NCBI GenBank assembly: GCA_038153405.1
Contig: JAYOYH010000008.1
Coordinates: 38,808 to 102,807 of the forward strand
Direction: 5' to 3'
From: Gemmatimonadota bacterium
GTDB taxonomy: Bacteria; Latescibacterota; UBA2968; UBA8231
DNA length: 64,000 bases
Positions 37,028 through 46,386 of this stretch are shown one piece after another. Each line of letters opens with the position of its first letter. Within the stretch, counting starts at the first letter, position 1. The notes under the pieces are model-generated. The model was not told the origin of the DNA. It searched no databases and saw only the letters and a list, made by a program, of their open reading frames with translations. The position numbers and the translations under genes were made by a program.

Positions 37028-37606
37028 TTAACGGGGCAATTCCCGTATGATTTTCGTGATGCGCGCGGCAAAATCCGGGTCCATACTGCCCATGATTTTG
37101 GCCATTTGCTGCGGCTGCAGCATTTTCATCAAGGTCGCGACGGTCGTATCACTCAGTTCGGTTTCCTGCTGGAGAATTTCCGCAGCGCGCTGCGCTTTGA
37201 TCTTGTCGTAAAACGTCGCCAACTGGCGCAGGCTCGCCTCGCGCTCTTGCTGCGCAGACGAGTCGGACTGAACGCCCAACTTCTGCTCCCTATCGAGAAG
37301 CTCTTCCCTATCCATCTGCAACTGGGCGCTCATCGTAGCCAGGCTCTCTTCTCGGGCAGCCGCCTGCTGGTTCATCTCCTCATAGCGCGTCTTGTATTCT
37401 TCTGTCAGCACCGCCAGTTCGGCCAGGCGGTCCTCTTTTAGGCGAAACTCTTCAAAGATATCGGTCGAATCCTGGTTGCCCAGTACAAAAGAGACCAATT
37501 CCTCGGGCGTCTTCACCGTCTTTGTAAAAAAGAGCATGGCCACCAGCGCGGCGCCAAACGAGAAGAACATGCCAACAATCAGCAGGGGAGCCATTAAATA
37601 CTTCAC
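37028..37606 (-). CDS. MotE/FlbB-like (MgtE-N-like) membrane-anchored coiled-coil protein
   Basis: TM, coiled coil, then LATFYDKIKAQRAAEIL...MLQPQQMAKIMGSMDPDFAARIT. Confidence 0.72.
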   Translation of the reverse strand: MKYLMAPLLIVGMFFSFGAALVAMLFFTKTVKTPEELVSFVLGNQDSTDIFEEFRLKEDRLAELAVLTEEYKTRYEEMNQQAAAREESLATMSAQLQMDREELLDREQKLGVQSDSSAQQEREASLRQLATFYDKIKAQRAAEILQQETELSDTTVATLMKMLQPQQMAKIMGSMDPDFAARITKIIRELPR

Positions 37607-37636
37607 GCCTGACCTCGCTCGAGTTCGTCCGCTGAA

Positions 37637-39328
37637 TTACAGTATGAAGAAGATGTAGACCAATCCCCCGATTATGCTGGCAGAAAGGCCGCGTTCAACC
37701 ATCTTATTATCGGCTTCAATCATCGCGCGCTTTACCGCCTCACCGCCCAGTATGTCAACGCTGGCGCCAGGCACGGAATCCTCGAGATAGGAGCGAATTC
37801 TGCGCTCCCACTGCACCGTGCCATGGCGCTGCTCTACCAGGCGCAGGACCAAATCGCCGTAGGCTGCGCGCTTTTTGTTGCTGGCCAGCAGCGGCCAGCC
37901 ACCGGCCGAAGAATAGACTATGCGCGAACTCACTAGGCGGTAGTGAATAATACCGGCGTTTTCGCCCGGTTCGGGCGCGCGCACCATGAGTTGATAGCCG
38001 CGCTTTCGCAGTATTTCGGCCAGCGCATCTTCGACGATCCAATTGGCGTCGTTTTTGGCATCGCTCTGCAGGTAAATGGGCAACTCGCCTTCCATAGGCA
38101 ACTGGCCCATCTGTTCGGCCAGCGCCAGCAAAAAAGACTCGGAGACCAGCTCTAAATCGGTGGGCCACGTCGATCGTTCAGCGGCCTCGCGCCCCTCGGG
38201 CCAAGCCACGTCGACTGTCATATCACCAGCCAGAGGAATAAATTCGCTGCGCCCCGGTGGGCGGGCAAAAGATCGCCAGGTAAACGGGCCCGGACGCTGC
38301 GGCGTTAGGCGCAGTTCGATTTGGACGTGCTGACCGGGTTCGATCGATGCGAGGCCTTCGACGACGACGACGCGCTGCCCGTCGCGGACGTCGATGCGCA
38401 TACTGGCCGACTCTTCGACGAGGGCCACGTCGGCAAAGGCCGAGTTGATATCCAGTCGCAGCGCCTCGACGGGAATGCTGTGCGCGCTGGCATTGCGCCA
38501 GCGGAAGGCAATGGTGCGCTCGCGCCCAACTTCAATGATTTCCCCGTCGACTTCGGCTACGGGCAGGGGGTCGACGCGTAGGATTGCCGGGGCCAGCGCC
38601 ACGGCCGGCATAGCACCTACGCTGGCTAACGCGCCGATTTCGACGGTGCCCAACGCACCGTTGTCTGCCGTCACTTCTATTTCTCTTACCGCGCTCTGAC
38701 CGGACGCCAATTCACCTTCCATCGATTCGCCAGCGCGCACGGGCCGTATTTCCCGCGGCCACTGCCACTGCACGGCGCGCAGCGGGCGTTCTGCATCATC
38801 GGCGTGTTCGACGTGGACTTCGAGGCGAGCGGTCTCTCCCTGATAGAGGCGCTCGGGTTTGATCCGCCACGCGGTTTCCACGCCGTTTTCCATCCGCAAG
38901 GCGACTGTCGAACGGTGGGCGACGCCCTCCCCGGCAGAGGAAAATATCGCCAGTTCGAGCGGTATTTCGCCGTCCCGCCGCAGCGTCTGAGCCTCCAGAT
39001 ACACCGTGTCGACAAACGACCCCGTCAGCGGCCGATCCGCGTAGTCGATCTCCACGTGTGCTGACCCCACTCGGGCGGTCCCGTGTTGGGCCGCTGCCTC
39101 GCGCACGCTCAGATCAGCAGGGGCAAAGGCAACCCGCGAGCGCACAACGGCTTCGCCGTCGCCGATAAAATACTGTAGATAGAGGGCTATGCGCTGCTCC
39201 GCTTCGGCGGCCAGCGCCTCGTTGACAGGGCGTATAACCCCCGTTGAGCGGGCCTGTAGTTCGTTTGAAAAACCCGCTAGTAACAGGCTGCAAAAGGCCG
39301 GTAATACCCTGGTCAGCACCCCATTCAT
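37637..39328 (-). CDS. Hypothetical exported protein: beta-rich (Ig-like) domains, an alpha/beta C-domain and a C-terminal membrane anchor
   Basis: Signal peptide, IEPGQHVQIELRLTPQRPG Ig/CARDB-like motif, terminal GLSASIIGGLVYIFFIL. Confidence 0.7.
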   Translation of the reverse strand: MNGVLTRVLPAFCSLLLAGFSNELQARSTGVIRPVNEALAAEAEQRIALYLQYFIGDGEAVVRSRVAFAPADLSVREAAAQHGTARVGSAHVEIDYADRPLTGSFVDTVYLEAQTLRRDGEIPLELAIFSSAGEGVAHRSTVALRMENGVETAWRIKPERLYQGETARLEVHVEHADDAERPLRAVQWQWPREIRPVRAGESMEGELASGQSAVREIEVTADNGALGTVEIGALASVGAMPAVALAPAILRVDPLPVAEVDGEIIEVGRERTIAFRWRNASAHSIPVEALRLDINSAFADVALVEESASMRIDVRDGQRVVVVEGLASIEPGQHVQIELRLTPQRPGPFTWRSFARPPGRSEFIPLAGDMTVDVAWPEGREAAERSTWPTDLELVSESFLLALAEQMGQLPMEGELPIYLQSDAKNDANWIVEDALAEILRKRGYQLMVRAPEPGENAGIIHYRLVSSRIVYSSAGGWPLLASNKKRAAYGDLVLRLVEQRHGTVQWERRIRSYLEDSVPGASVDILGGEAVKRAMIEADNKMVERGLSASIIGGLVYIFFIL

Positions 39329-39564
39329 CCTTCGCAACTTCTGTCCATTTTGATCCTGAAAATAGAGCGGGAGGAAATCGTCTGAAACTCTTTTAGCACT
39401 TAGACTTGCGTCAAAACAACCTTAATATAAAAGCCCGTGACTGTCAAGGCGTTTCTCCCGTACTTTGCCCCGCCGTCAACGCGGCAAACTTGACTTTAAA
39501 TACCCCCGCTCAGTACGTTGTAGGGGGACGCGATTTTCGCCCCCTCTTGCCCAATCGACGAGCC

Positions 39565-40260
39565 ATGTTAGAAATACTATTCTATCTCCTTCTTGCACTT
39601 AGCTTTATCGTATTTGTGCTTCCTCTTTCACTCGCCCTGAGTGCCCGTCGATCACACCCAGAGGCTCCACTGACCATCGAAATCGCCCTGGGGCTGTACC
39701 GGGCGATCCTCGGCGTGGGACTGCGCGTTCAGCCAGAGCTCCGGTCCGTACATATCTCCTTTTTTAACAAATTGATACATGCTCCCTGTTTCACGCTCAA
39801 GCGCCGGTCTACTCCACGTTCCTCCACCCCTATCTCGCCGCCGTCCGACCCTGCCGAGCAGACACCGGAAGCCGAGGCGCCTCCGGCGAGTACGGCCAGA
39901 CCCCGTGGCGCCATGGACTGGCTGCGCATCACCACCGCTCCGACCATCCACTTGGTCGGACGCTTCCCGCGCGCATTCAGCCTCAACCACCTATCGGCGC
40001 ATGGTCGCTTAGGCCTGGACGACCCCATGCAGACGGGAGCACTCTACGGCTACCAGCGCGCCCTGATGGCCTTGCCTTTTAAGCGCCTGCGCTTAGACTT
40101 AGTGCCAGACTTTGGCCGCCGCGGATTCAGCGGGCGCGTCGACTTGGCCATCGGCATACACCTAGGTCGAATTCTCTACCATGCCCTGCGCTTTGCGCTG
40201 CACACCGGAGTGCGCTACGCCATAATGCGCTACACTCATAGATCGCTTCGCATATTCTAA
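39565..40260 (+). CDS. DUF2953 / YtfI-like membrane protein
   Basis: N-terminal TM and GRLGLDDPMQTGALYG...LVPDF motif. Lies upstream of the ytfJ-like gene. Confidence 0.72.
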   Translation: MLEILFYLLLALSFIVFVLPLSLALSARRSHPEAPLTIEIALGLYRAILGVGLRVQPELRSVHISFFNKLIHAPCFTLKRRSTPRSSTPISPPSDPAEQTPEAEAPPASTARPRGAMDWLRITTAPTIHLVGRFPRAFSLNHLSAHGRLGLDDPMQTGALYGYQRALMALPFKRLRLDLVPDFGRRGFSGRVDLAIGIHLGRILYHALRFALHTGVRYAIMRYTHRSLRIF

Positions 40261-40274
40261 AAAGGCGGTACTGC

Positions 40275-40658
40275 ATGCCATCCGTAGAAAACCTCATCGA
40301 GCGCGTCATGGGCGAATTGCACCGCATCGTGCAAACCGAAACCGTCGTCGGCGAGCCCGTGCAGGCCGGGGACCTGACCATTATCCCCGTATCGAAAATA
40401 TCCTTTGGCTTCGCCGCCGGCGGCGGCCAGAACGACAAGGGCCAGAGCGGCACCGGCGGCGGTGCCAGCGTCGAGCCCATTGCCTTTTTGGTGATCGACG
40501 GGGACGGCAAGGTGCAGATTATGACGCTCACCGACAAAGAGGTGGGCTGGGGCCAGCTAGCGGAGTTGGTGCCCGATGCACTAAGTAAGATCAAGCGTTT
40601 TGTCGAAAAAAAGCGCGGTGACGGCCAAGAAGACGAGGGCGAAGAGCAGCCAGATTAA
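40275..40658 (+). CDS. GerW/YtfJ family protein
   Basis: TVVGEPV...TIIPVSKISFGFAAGGG...GGGASVEPIAFLVI. Confidence 0.92.
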   Translation: MPSVENLIERVMGELHRIVQTETVVGEPVQAGDLTIIPVSKISFGFAAGGGQNDKGQSGTGGGASVEPIAFLVIDGDGKVQIMTLTDKEVGWGQLAELVPDALSKIKRFVEKKRGDGQEDEGEEQPD

Positions 40659-41182
40659 TGGTGGTTGCCCTCGGTTGGAAAGAAGCGAAAGCGCCCATCC
40701 AGTAGCAGGTGCGTATACCACCCCGCCATGCACCCCATCAAATAGACGAGGTGGCCCTCCATCAGACCGTGCACGTTCTCCCACGAGAATGAGCCGATAA
40801 ACGCGTGGCGGGCCCGCCAGTATTCGTAGGTGGCGCCGAGCAAAATCGACACCACCAGCGGACTGATCTTCCAGTGCGTCCAACCCCGGTGATGGTCGAG
40901 CAGCGGCAGCAGCGAAAGGATGGCCACTAGCGTGGCCAAATCGTAGCGCTCATTCCACCCCAGGTAGAGCAGCGCGGCGAATACGCAGCGAAAAAACCAG
41001 CGCTGCGGCACGGAAGCCGTATCGAGATCGGGAAAAAGAGAGAAAAACGCCGTGGTCGCGCACACTCCGCCCCAGGTGACATGGTCGCCCGCCTCGATAT
41101 ACGACAGGCGCATTGCCCCTTCGGCCACGCCAATACCAACGACAATCCCACTGATGAGGTGCCCTTTAAAATTCACCGGCAC
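40655..41182 (-). CDS. Membrane-bound metal-dependent hydrolase (YdjM/DUF2227-like)
   Basis: FKGH, FPDLD, HRGWTH, HLLLD motifs. Confidence 0.85.
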   Translation of the reverse strand: MPVNFKGHLISGIVVGIGVAEGAMRLSYIEAGDHVTWGGVCATTAFFSLFPDLDTASVPQRWFFRCVFAALLYLGWNERYDLATLVAILSLLPLLDHHRGWTHWKISPLVVSILLGATYEYWRARHAFIGSFSWENVHGLMEGHLVYLMGCMAGWYTHLLLDGRFRFFPTEGNHH

Positions 41183-41193
41183 ACTTCCCTGTC

Positions 41194-42273
41194 TCAGATG
41201 ACAGCGACACGCTCTGGCCCTTTGTCGAACAGCTGTCCGCAGGCCGCGTCGATATCGCGCCCCCGACTCTCGCGCACGGTGAATTCCACCCCTGCTTTTT
41301 CCAGCGTGCGGTAAAAAGCCTGCAAGCGCTGCTGGGAAGGACGGCGAAACGGGCCTCCATCCGCCAGTTCGTTATAGGGTATCAGATTGATTTTACAGGG
41401 GATATCGCCGGTCAACTCAGCCAAGCGAACAGCGTCTTGTCCGCCGTCTGTCACGCCGTCCATAAGCACGTACTCAAAGGTGACCCCGTAGCCGCGCAGC
41501 TGGTGAAACTCGCGCGCTACGTCGAGCAGGTCGGCAATTTTAAAGCGGCGATTTATCGGCATGAGCCGCTCGCGCACTTCGTCCGTGGTCGCGTTGAGCG
41601 ATATGGCTAACCCGACATTGAGGTCCTCCCGGGCCAGCTTGCGAATACCCGGAACGTAGCCGGCCGTCGACACCGTTATGCGCCGGCCACCTAGTGCCAA
41701 TCCCGTTTCCAAGCGCATGAGCTGCAGCGCGCGCACCACGGCGTCGTAGTTGAGCAGCGGCTCGCCCATGCCCATTAGGACGACGTTGGTAATGCGCTCA
41801 TCGCGCGCGCGCGCATACGCCGAGACCTGGATGAGTTGGTCGAGTATTTCGCCGGCCTGCAAGTTGCGCACCAGCCCCATGCGCCCCGTGGCGCAGAACG
41901 CGCAGTCGAGCGGACAGCCCACCTGCGAGGAGATGCACACCGTGCGCCGCGCGCCGTCAATAATCAGCACGGACTCGACCCGCTCCCCCGTCGCTAGCTC
42001 AAAGAGAAATTTGACCGCCTGCCCCGTCTGCGAGGCGCGGTGCTCGACCGCGCGCAGGCGCGTGATATAGGCCACTCTATCCAGCGCCAGGCGAAACGCC
42101 TTGGACAAGTTGGTCATTTCGTCGATGCGTTCCACCCCTTTGTTGTGCACCCAGTCGACGATTTGACGGGCGCGGTAGTCGGCCTCGCCCAACTCGGCTA
42201 CGAGCGCCTCAACTTCGGCGGGTAACGCACATGTTAAATCGATGCGTGGCGCATCGACAGCTTCGTTGCTCAT
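41194..42273 (-). CDS. rlmN: 23S rRNA/tRNA m2A radical-SAM methyltransferase
   Basis: SSQVGCPLDCAFC, MGMGEP, DIDAACGQL. Confidence 0.97.
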   Translation of the reverse strand: MSNEAVDAPRIDLTCALPAEVEALVAELGEADYRARQIVDWVHNKGVERIDEMTNLSKAFRLALDRVAYITRLRAVEHRASQTGQAVKFLFELATGERVESVLIIDGARRTVCISSQVGCPLDCAFCATGRMGLVRNLQAGEILDQLIQVSAYARARDERITNVVLMGMGEPLLNYDAVVRALQLMRLETGLALGGRRITVSTAGYVPGIRKLAREDLNVGLAISLNATTDEVRERLMPINRRFKIADLLDVAREFHQLRGYGVTFEYVLMDGVTDGGQDAVRLAELTGDIPCKINLIPYNELADGGPFRRPSQQRLQAFYRTLEKAGVEFTVRESRGRDIDAACGQLFDKGPERVAVI

Positions 42274-42297
42274 CGGATCCTAGCGCGGGGAAACTGC

Positions 42298-42326
42298 TTG
42301 ACGAAAAATTGACATAGGTTTATTAT
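42298..42326 (+). promoter_or_regulatory. Sigma70-type promoter of the M23 peptidase gene
   Basis: TTGACG-N17-TATTAT in the divergent intergenic region. Confidence 0.55.
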
Positions 42327-42400
42327 AAATAAACAGTTTACCCATAATTGGTCAATGCCCCACGCCCCTCTCTACTCCTCGTGCGACGACCTATAATTCA

Positions 42401-43795
42401 TTGAAGAAACTCGACCCATCTACGTGGTTTTGGGCCAGCCTAGCCGTGGCCGCCCTCGCCATGGGCATCCGCCTGGAGCGATTCCACGCACTAGAAGCCC
42501 CCCCTGCCATCGACGCGGGCACAATCCTCGTTCCCATCGCCGCAGCGGACCCGCCGGCAGAGGCACCCGAGCAAGATTCCAACGCGCGCGCCAATCGATC
42601 GGAAGCGGTCGCGCCGGACTGGACTTTCGTTGGCCCTCCGATCGCACCGCCGATGACCATCGATACCGCACCCGACCACTTCGTCGTGCAGGACACCCTG
42701 CGCACCGGCGACTCAATTTACCTTTCGCTCAAGCGCAACGCCATTGGCGAACGCCAGATATCGCTGCTCAACGCCGCCCTCAGCAAGGTCTTCAAAGCCA
42801 GCAGCCAGTCGCGCCCAGACGACTACTATCGGCTCATCGTCGATACCAGTGGCGTCGTGCGCTCCTTTTCCTACACGCCCAGTAGAGAGCCCGAACGCCC
42901 CGTTTTCGTCGAGCGCCTCGACGGTAGACTGGTCGCCAAGCGCGAAGAGCTGGCGCTCGAAACGCGCCTCTTTGCGGCAGAAGTTTTTATCGACGATAAC
43001 TTGGCCAACGCCATCAGCGCAGCCGGAGAGAGCGATGCGCTGACCGATCGCATCACCGACAATATCTTTGGTTCGGTAATTGACTTTCGCCAAAATCCGC
43101 GCAAGGGCGACCGCATTCGCGCGCTGTTTGAAAAGGAATACCTGGAGGGGCGTTTTATCCGCTATGGGCGCGTCCTGCTGGCCGAGTATCAGGGGCAGGT
43201 CGTCCAACAGGCAGCCTTCTACTACGATCCCCCCAAAGGGAATGCCGGCTACTACGACGAGCAAGGCAATTCGCTAGCCCGCATGTTCCTGCTCTACCCG
43301 CTGCCCTTCCGCGGCATCAATTCGCATTTCAATCTGCGCCGTTTTCACCCCGTGCTCAAGCGCAATGTGCCCCATCTCGGCACCGACTATGCCGCCTCGC
43401 GCGGCACGCCGGTCTTTGCCACGGCCATCGGCACAGTCACCCACGCCGGTAACAAAGGCAGCTATGGTCTCCTGGTAGAAATACAGCATGCCAACGGCTA
43501 CCGCACGCGCTATGCCCATCTGAGCAAAGTGCGGGTCAAGCGCGGTCAGCGCGTCGCCCAGCAGCAGACCGTCGGCAACGTGGGCACGACGGGTCGTTCG
43601 ACCGGCCCCCATTTGCACTACGAGATTCTCAAGAACGGGCGCCAGATCAATCCCACTTCGGTCAACCGCGGAGAGCGCGGCAAGCCGTTGGACAAAGCCT
43701 ATAATGGCCTCTTTGCCGCACACCGCGATTCGCTTACGCGCATGCTCAATTCCCACCTGCAACGCGCGGTGATAGCCACCTCGCAAACCCCCTGA
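42401..43795 (+). CDS. M23 (LytM) peptidoglycan DD-endopeptidase, MepM-like
   Basis: RFHPVL, HLGTD, YAHLS, STGPHLHYE. Confidence 0.93.
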   Translation: MKKLDPSTWFWASLAVAALAMGIRLERFHALEAPPAIDAGTILVPIAAADPPAEAPEQDSNARANRSEAVAPDWTFVGPPIAPPMTIDTAPDHFVVQDTLRTGDSIYLSLKRNAIGERQISLLNAALSKVFKASSQSRPDDYYRLIVDTSGVVRSFSYTPSREPERPVFVERLDGRLVAKREELALETRLFAAEVFIDDNLANAISAAGESDALTDRITDNIFGSVIDFRQNPRKGDRIRALFEKEYLEGRFIRYGRVLLAEYQGQVVQQAAFYYDPPKGNAGYYDEQGNSLARMFLLYPLPFRGINSHFNLRRFHPVLKRNVPHLGTDYAASRGTPVFATAIGTVTHAGNKGSYGLLVEIQHANGYRTRYAHLSKVRVKRGQRVAQQQTVGNVGTTGRSTGPHLHYEILKNGRQINPTSVNRGERGKPLDKAYNGLFAAHRDSLTRMLNSHLQRAVIATSQTP

Positions 43796-43881
43796 GTCTG
43801 CCCGCAAAGCCCCCTTGACACAGAAGGTCCTGCGCCTTCTATTGTGCACCGAACCACCCACTCTACCTCCGATTTTAGACT

Positions 43882-44289
43882 ATGAACGAAGCGTCAAAAC
43901 GCGCGATAGAGGATCTGGCCGAACGCGACGGGCGTTATAGATTCGAGGCATATGCATTTATCTTCGAAGCCCTGGGATTCACCGTAGAGAAAATGGGCCG
44001 CGCCCATTTGTCCGACGAGGGGCGCCATATATCTGGGCGCGACTTACTGGCCGGCATCAGCGAATACGCCTTCAACGAGTACGGCCCCCTCACGCGCGCG
44101 GTCTTTGCCCACTGGCGGGTATTCCAAACGCGCGACTTTGGCGAAATTGTTTTCAGCTTGGTTGCCATCGGCGAAATGGGCAAGACGGAACACGACCGCA
44201 TCGAGGACTTTATCGACGTCTACGATTTTGACGAGGAATTCGACTGGAAAAGGCGCCGCGCCGCGCAGAAATCGATCAAAAAAACATGA
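43882..44289 (+). CDS. Minf_1886 family protein
   Basis: RDGRYRFEAYAF, RHISGRDLL, YGPL..VFAHW, TRDFGEIVF.LV, EDF. Confidence 0.85.
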   Translation: MNEASKRAIEDLAERDGRYRFEAYAFIFEALGFTVEKMGRAHLSDEGRHISGRDLLAGISEYAFNEYGPLTRAVFAHWRVFQTRDFGEIVFSLVAIGEMGKTEHDRIEDFIDVYDFDEEFDWKRRRAAQKSIKKT

Positions 44290-45548
44290 GGATTGCCTAC
44301 TTCGACTGTTTTTCCGGCATCAGCGGTGATATGGTGCTCGGCGCCCTCGTCGACGCGGGACTCGATCTCGACGCCCTGCGCGCCGAATTGGCCAAGCTCG
44401 GCGTACCCCAACTCGATCTCACGCGAGAGCGGGCGGTGCGCCAGGCCATTGCCGGCACGCGCGTTCAGGTCCACATAGGCGGGCGCCCCATGGAGCCCGA
44501 AGACGAACACCACTTTACCCCTATCACTCCGGCGACTACGCGCCCTCCTCTGCCCCTGCTCCCCCCCCAAGCTAGCAGGGGCCACCACGCGCACCATCGC
44601 TTGGAAGATATTCTATCCCTAATCGACAGCAGCCGGTTAGACGAGCCCGTGCGCACGCAGGCCCGCGCCGTATTCCAGCGGTTGGCCGAGGCCGAGGCCA
44701 CCGTCCACGGCAGCCCACCCGAAAGTGTGCACCTACACGAGGTGGGCGCGCTCGACGCCGTCGCCGACATCGTGGGTGCGGTGGCCGGCCTGCAGCTGCT
44801 GGGCGTTGAAAAGATCTACTCGTCGCCGCTGCACTTTGGCACCGGCTTTGTGCGCTGTGCACACGGGCGCTATCCCGTACCGGTGCCCGGCGTGCTCGCC
44901 CTCTGCCGAGACATTCCCAGCGTCCAGACGGATATACGCGCCGAATTGGTCACGCCGACCGGCGCCGCACTCATCACCACGCTGGCCAGCCAATTCGGTC
45001 CCGCCCCCCCATTTGTCCAGACGGCCGTCGGCTACGGCGCTGGCAGTCGCGACCTCGAGCAGGTGCCCAATATGCTGCGCGTGCGCATTGGCGAGCAGGC
45101 CACCATCGCCAGCCGCGAGGAGCTGCTGCACGTCGAGGCCAATATCGACGATATGAATCCCGAGGTCTACGGCTACCTCTTCGAGCTGCTGTTCGAACGC
45201 GGTGCTCGCGATGTGTATGTGACTTCCATCGCCATGAAGAAGGGTCGCCCCGGACACTTGCTGGGCGTGTTGGTCGATGCGGCACACAGCAAGGACATAA
45301 TCGACACCATATTGGCCGAAACGACGACGCTGGGGGTGCGCTACCACACCGTGGAGCGACAAGTGCTGCAGCGCGAGCAGCGGCAGGTCGACACTCCCTA
45401 TGGCCGCGTCGGCATCAAAGTCGGTGTGGTGGGCGATCGCCGCCGCGCCGCCCCCGAGTACGAGGACTGCGCCCGCCTGGCGCGCCAGCACCGCGTTCCC
45501 CTCCTCACCGTTTATCAGGCGGCCAGTTTAGCCGCCAGCGAGGAATGA
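44286..45548 (+). CDS. larC: Nickel-pincer cofactor nickel insertase
   Basis: YFDCFSGISGDM, HLHEVGALD, ELVTPTGAA, EANIDD, MKKGRPG, PEYEDC, His-containing insert. Confidence 0.96.
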   Translation: MRIAYFDCFSGISGDMVLGALVDAGLDLDALRAELAKLGVPQLDLTRERAVRQAIAGTRVQVHIGGRPMEPEDEHHFTPITPATTRPPLPLLPPQASRGHHAHHRLEDILSLIDSSRLDEPVRTQARAVFQRLAEAEATVHGSPPESVHLHEVGALDAVADIVGAVAGLQLLGVEKIYSSPLHFGTGFVRCAHGRYPVPVPGVLALCRDIPSVQTDIRAELVTPTGAALITTLASQFGPAPPFVQTAVGYGAGSRDLEQVPNMLRVRIGEQATIASREELLHVEANIDDMNPEVYGYLFELLFERGARDVYVTSIAMKKGRPGHLLGVLVDAAHSKDIIDTILAETTTLGVRYHTVERQVLQREQRQVDTPYGRVGIKVGVVGDRRRAAPEYEDCARLARQHRVPLLTVYQAASLAASEE

Positions 45549-46297
45549 TTATGTCATACCGCGTTGTATGCATCGCCCTATATTGCGCCGCCGCTTTCTC
45601 AGCTCCAGCCGCCAGCGCTTCCGACCTCGACGAATTCGACAATCTGCGCCGCCTCGAAGTGCGCGACGGGGTCGAGCGCATCGCATACGGCGATGCCAAC
45701 GGACGCGTGCACATCCTAGAGGGCAAAGAATCGACCTTTAACGAAGTGTGGGTCAGCGAGTACATGGAAGGCGCCATCGCCGGCCTGTTTGTCGTCGACG
45801 TCAACGACGACGAACTCGATGAAATCGTCGTCTTCACCGATCGGGGGCGCATCCACTACATCGACTCGCAGGACTACCGCATCATCTGGAGCAATCCACC
45901 CGGCGAATACGAGCGCATAACCTGTCAGATCATCTACGACACCGACGACGATCCGCAGCCCGAACTGCTGTTCTGCGCCGACGGCTACCTCATCGTCTAC
46001 GACGGGCGCGACCAGTACGAGCAGTGGCGCAGCGATCAGAGCAACCTCACATCGCGCCAAATCCTCATCGGCGATGTAGACGGCGACGGCGATCAGGAAA
46101 TTGTCCTCAACGACGGCTACGTATTCGACGCGCGCTTTTTCGATCTCGAGTGGCAATCGCCCGATGCCTTTGGCGAACGGCTCGGCCTGCTCGATATCGA
46201 CGAAGACGGCATAGCCGAATTAATCGGCGAATTTCAAGGGCGCTACCTGCGCGTCTTCGACGTCGATCTGCGCCGCGAAAAGTCGCTAGCGCGCTAG
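45545..46297 (+). CDS. Exported FG-GAP-like calcium-binding repeat protein
   Basis: Signal peptide and four repeats: DVNDDELDEI, DTDDDPQPEL, DVDGDGDQEI, DIDEDGIAEL. Confidence 0.78.
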   Translation: MIMSYRVVCIALYCAAAFSAPAASASDLDEFDNLRRLEVRDGVERIAYGDANGRVHILEGKESTFNEVWVSEYMEGAIAGLFVVDVNDDELDEIVVFTDRGRIHYIDSQDYRIIWSNPPGEYERITCQIIYDTDDDPQPELLFCADGYLIVYDGRDQYEQWRSDQSNLTSRQILIGDVDGDGDQEIVLNDGYVFDARFFDLEWQSPDAFGERLGLLDIDEDGIAELIGEFQGRYLRVFDVDLRREKSLAR

Positions 46298-46386
46298 CCG
46301 CTCTTCCTTGACACTCACCCATTGCCGAACGAATATATTCGACACCTTTTACGCGCTCAGGAATCCCTTAGACGAGGAGCTCCCTT

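Noticed and set aside
44490..44600. Programmed frameshift in larC at the C-run/Pro-rich linker
   Set aside because: The frame is continuous and both LarC halves are intact in a single ORF.
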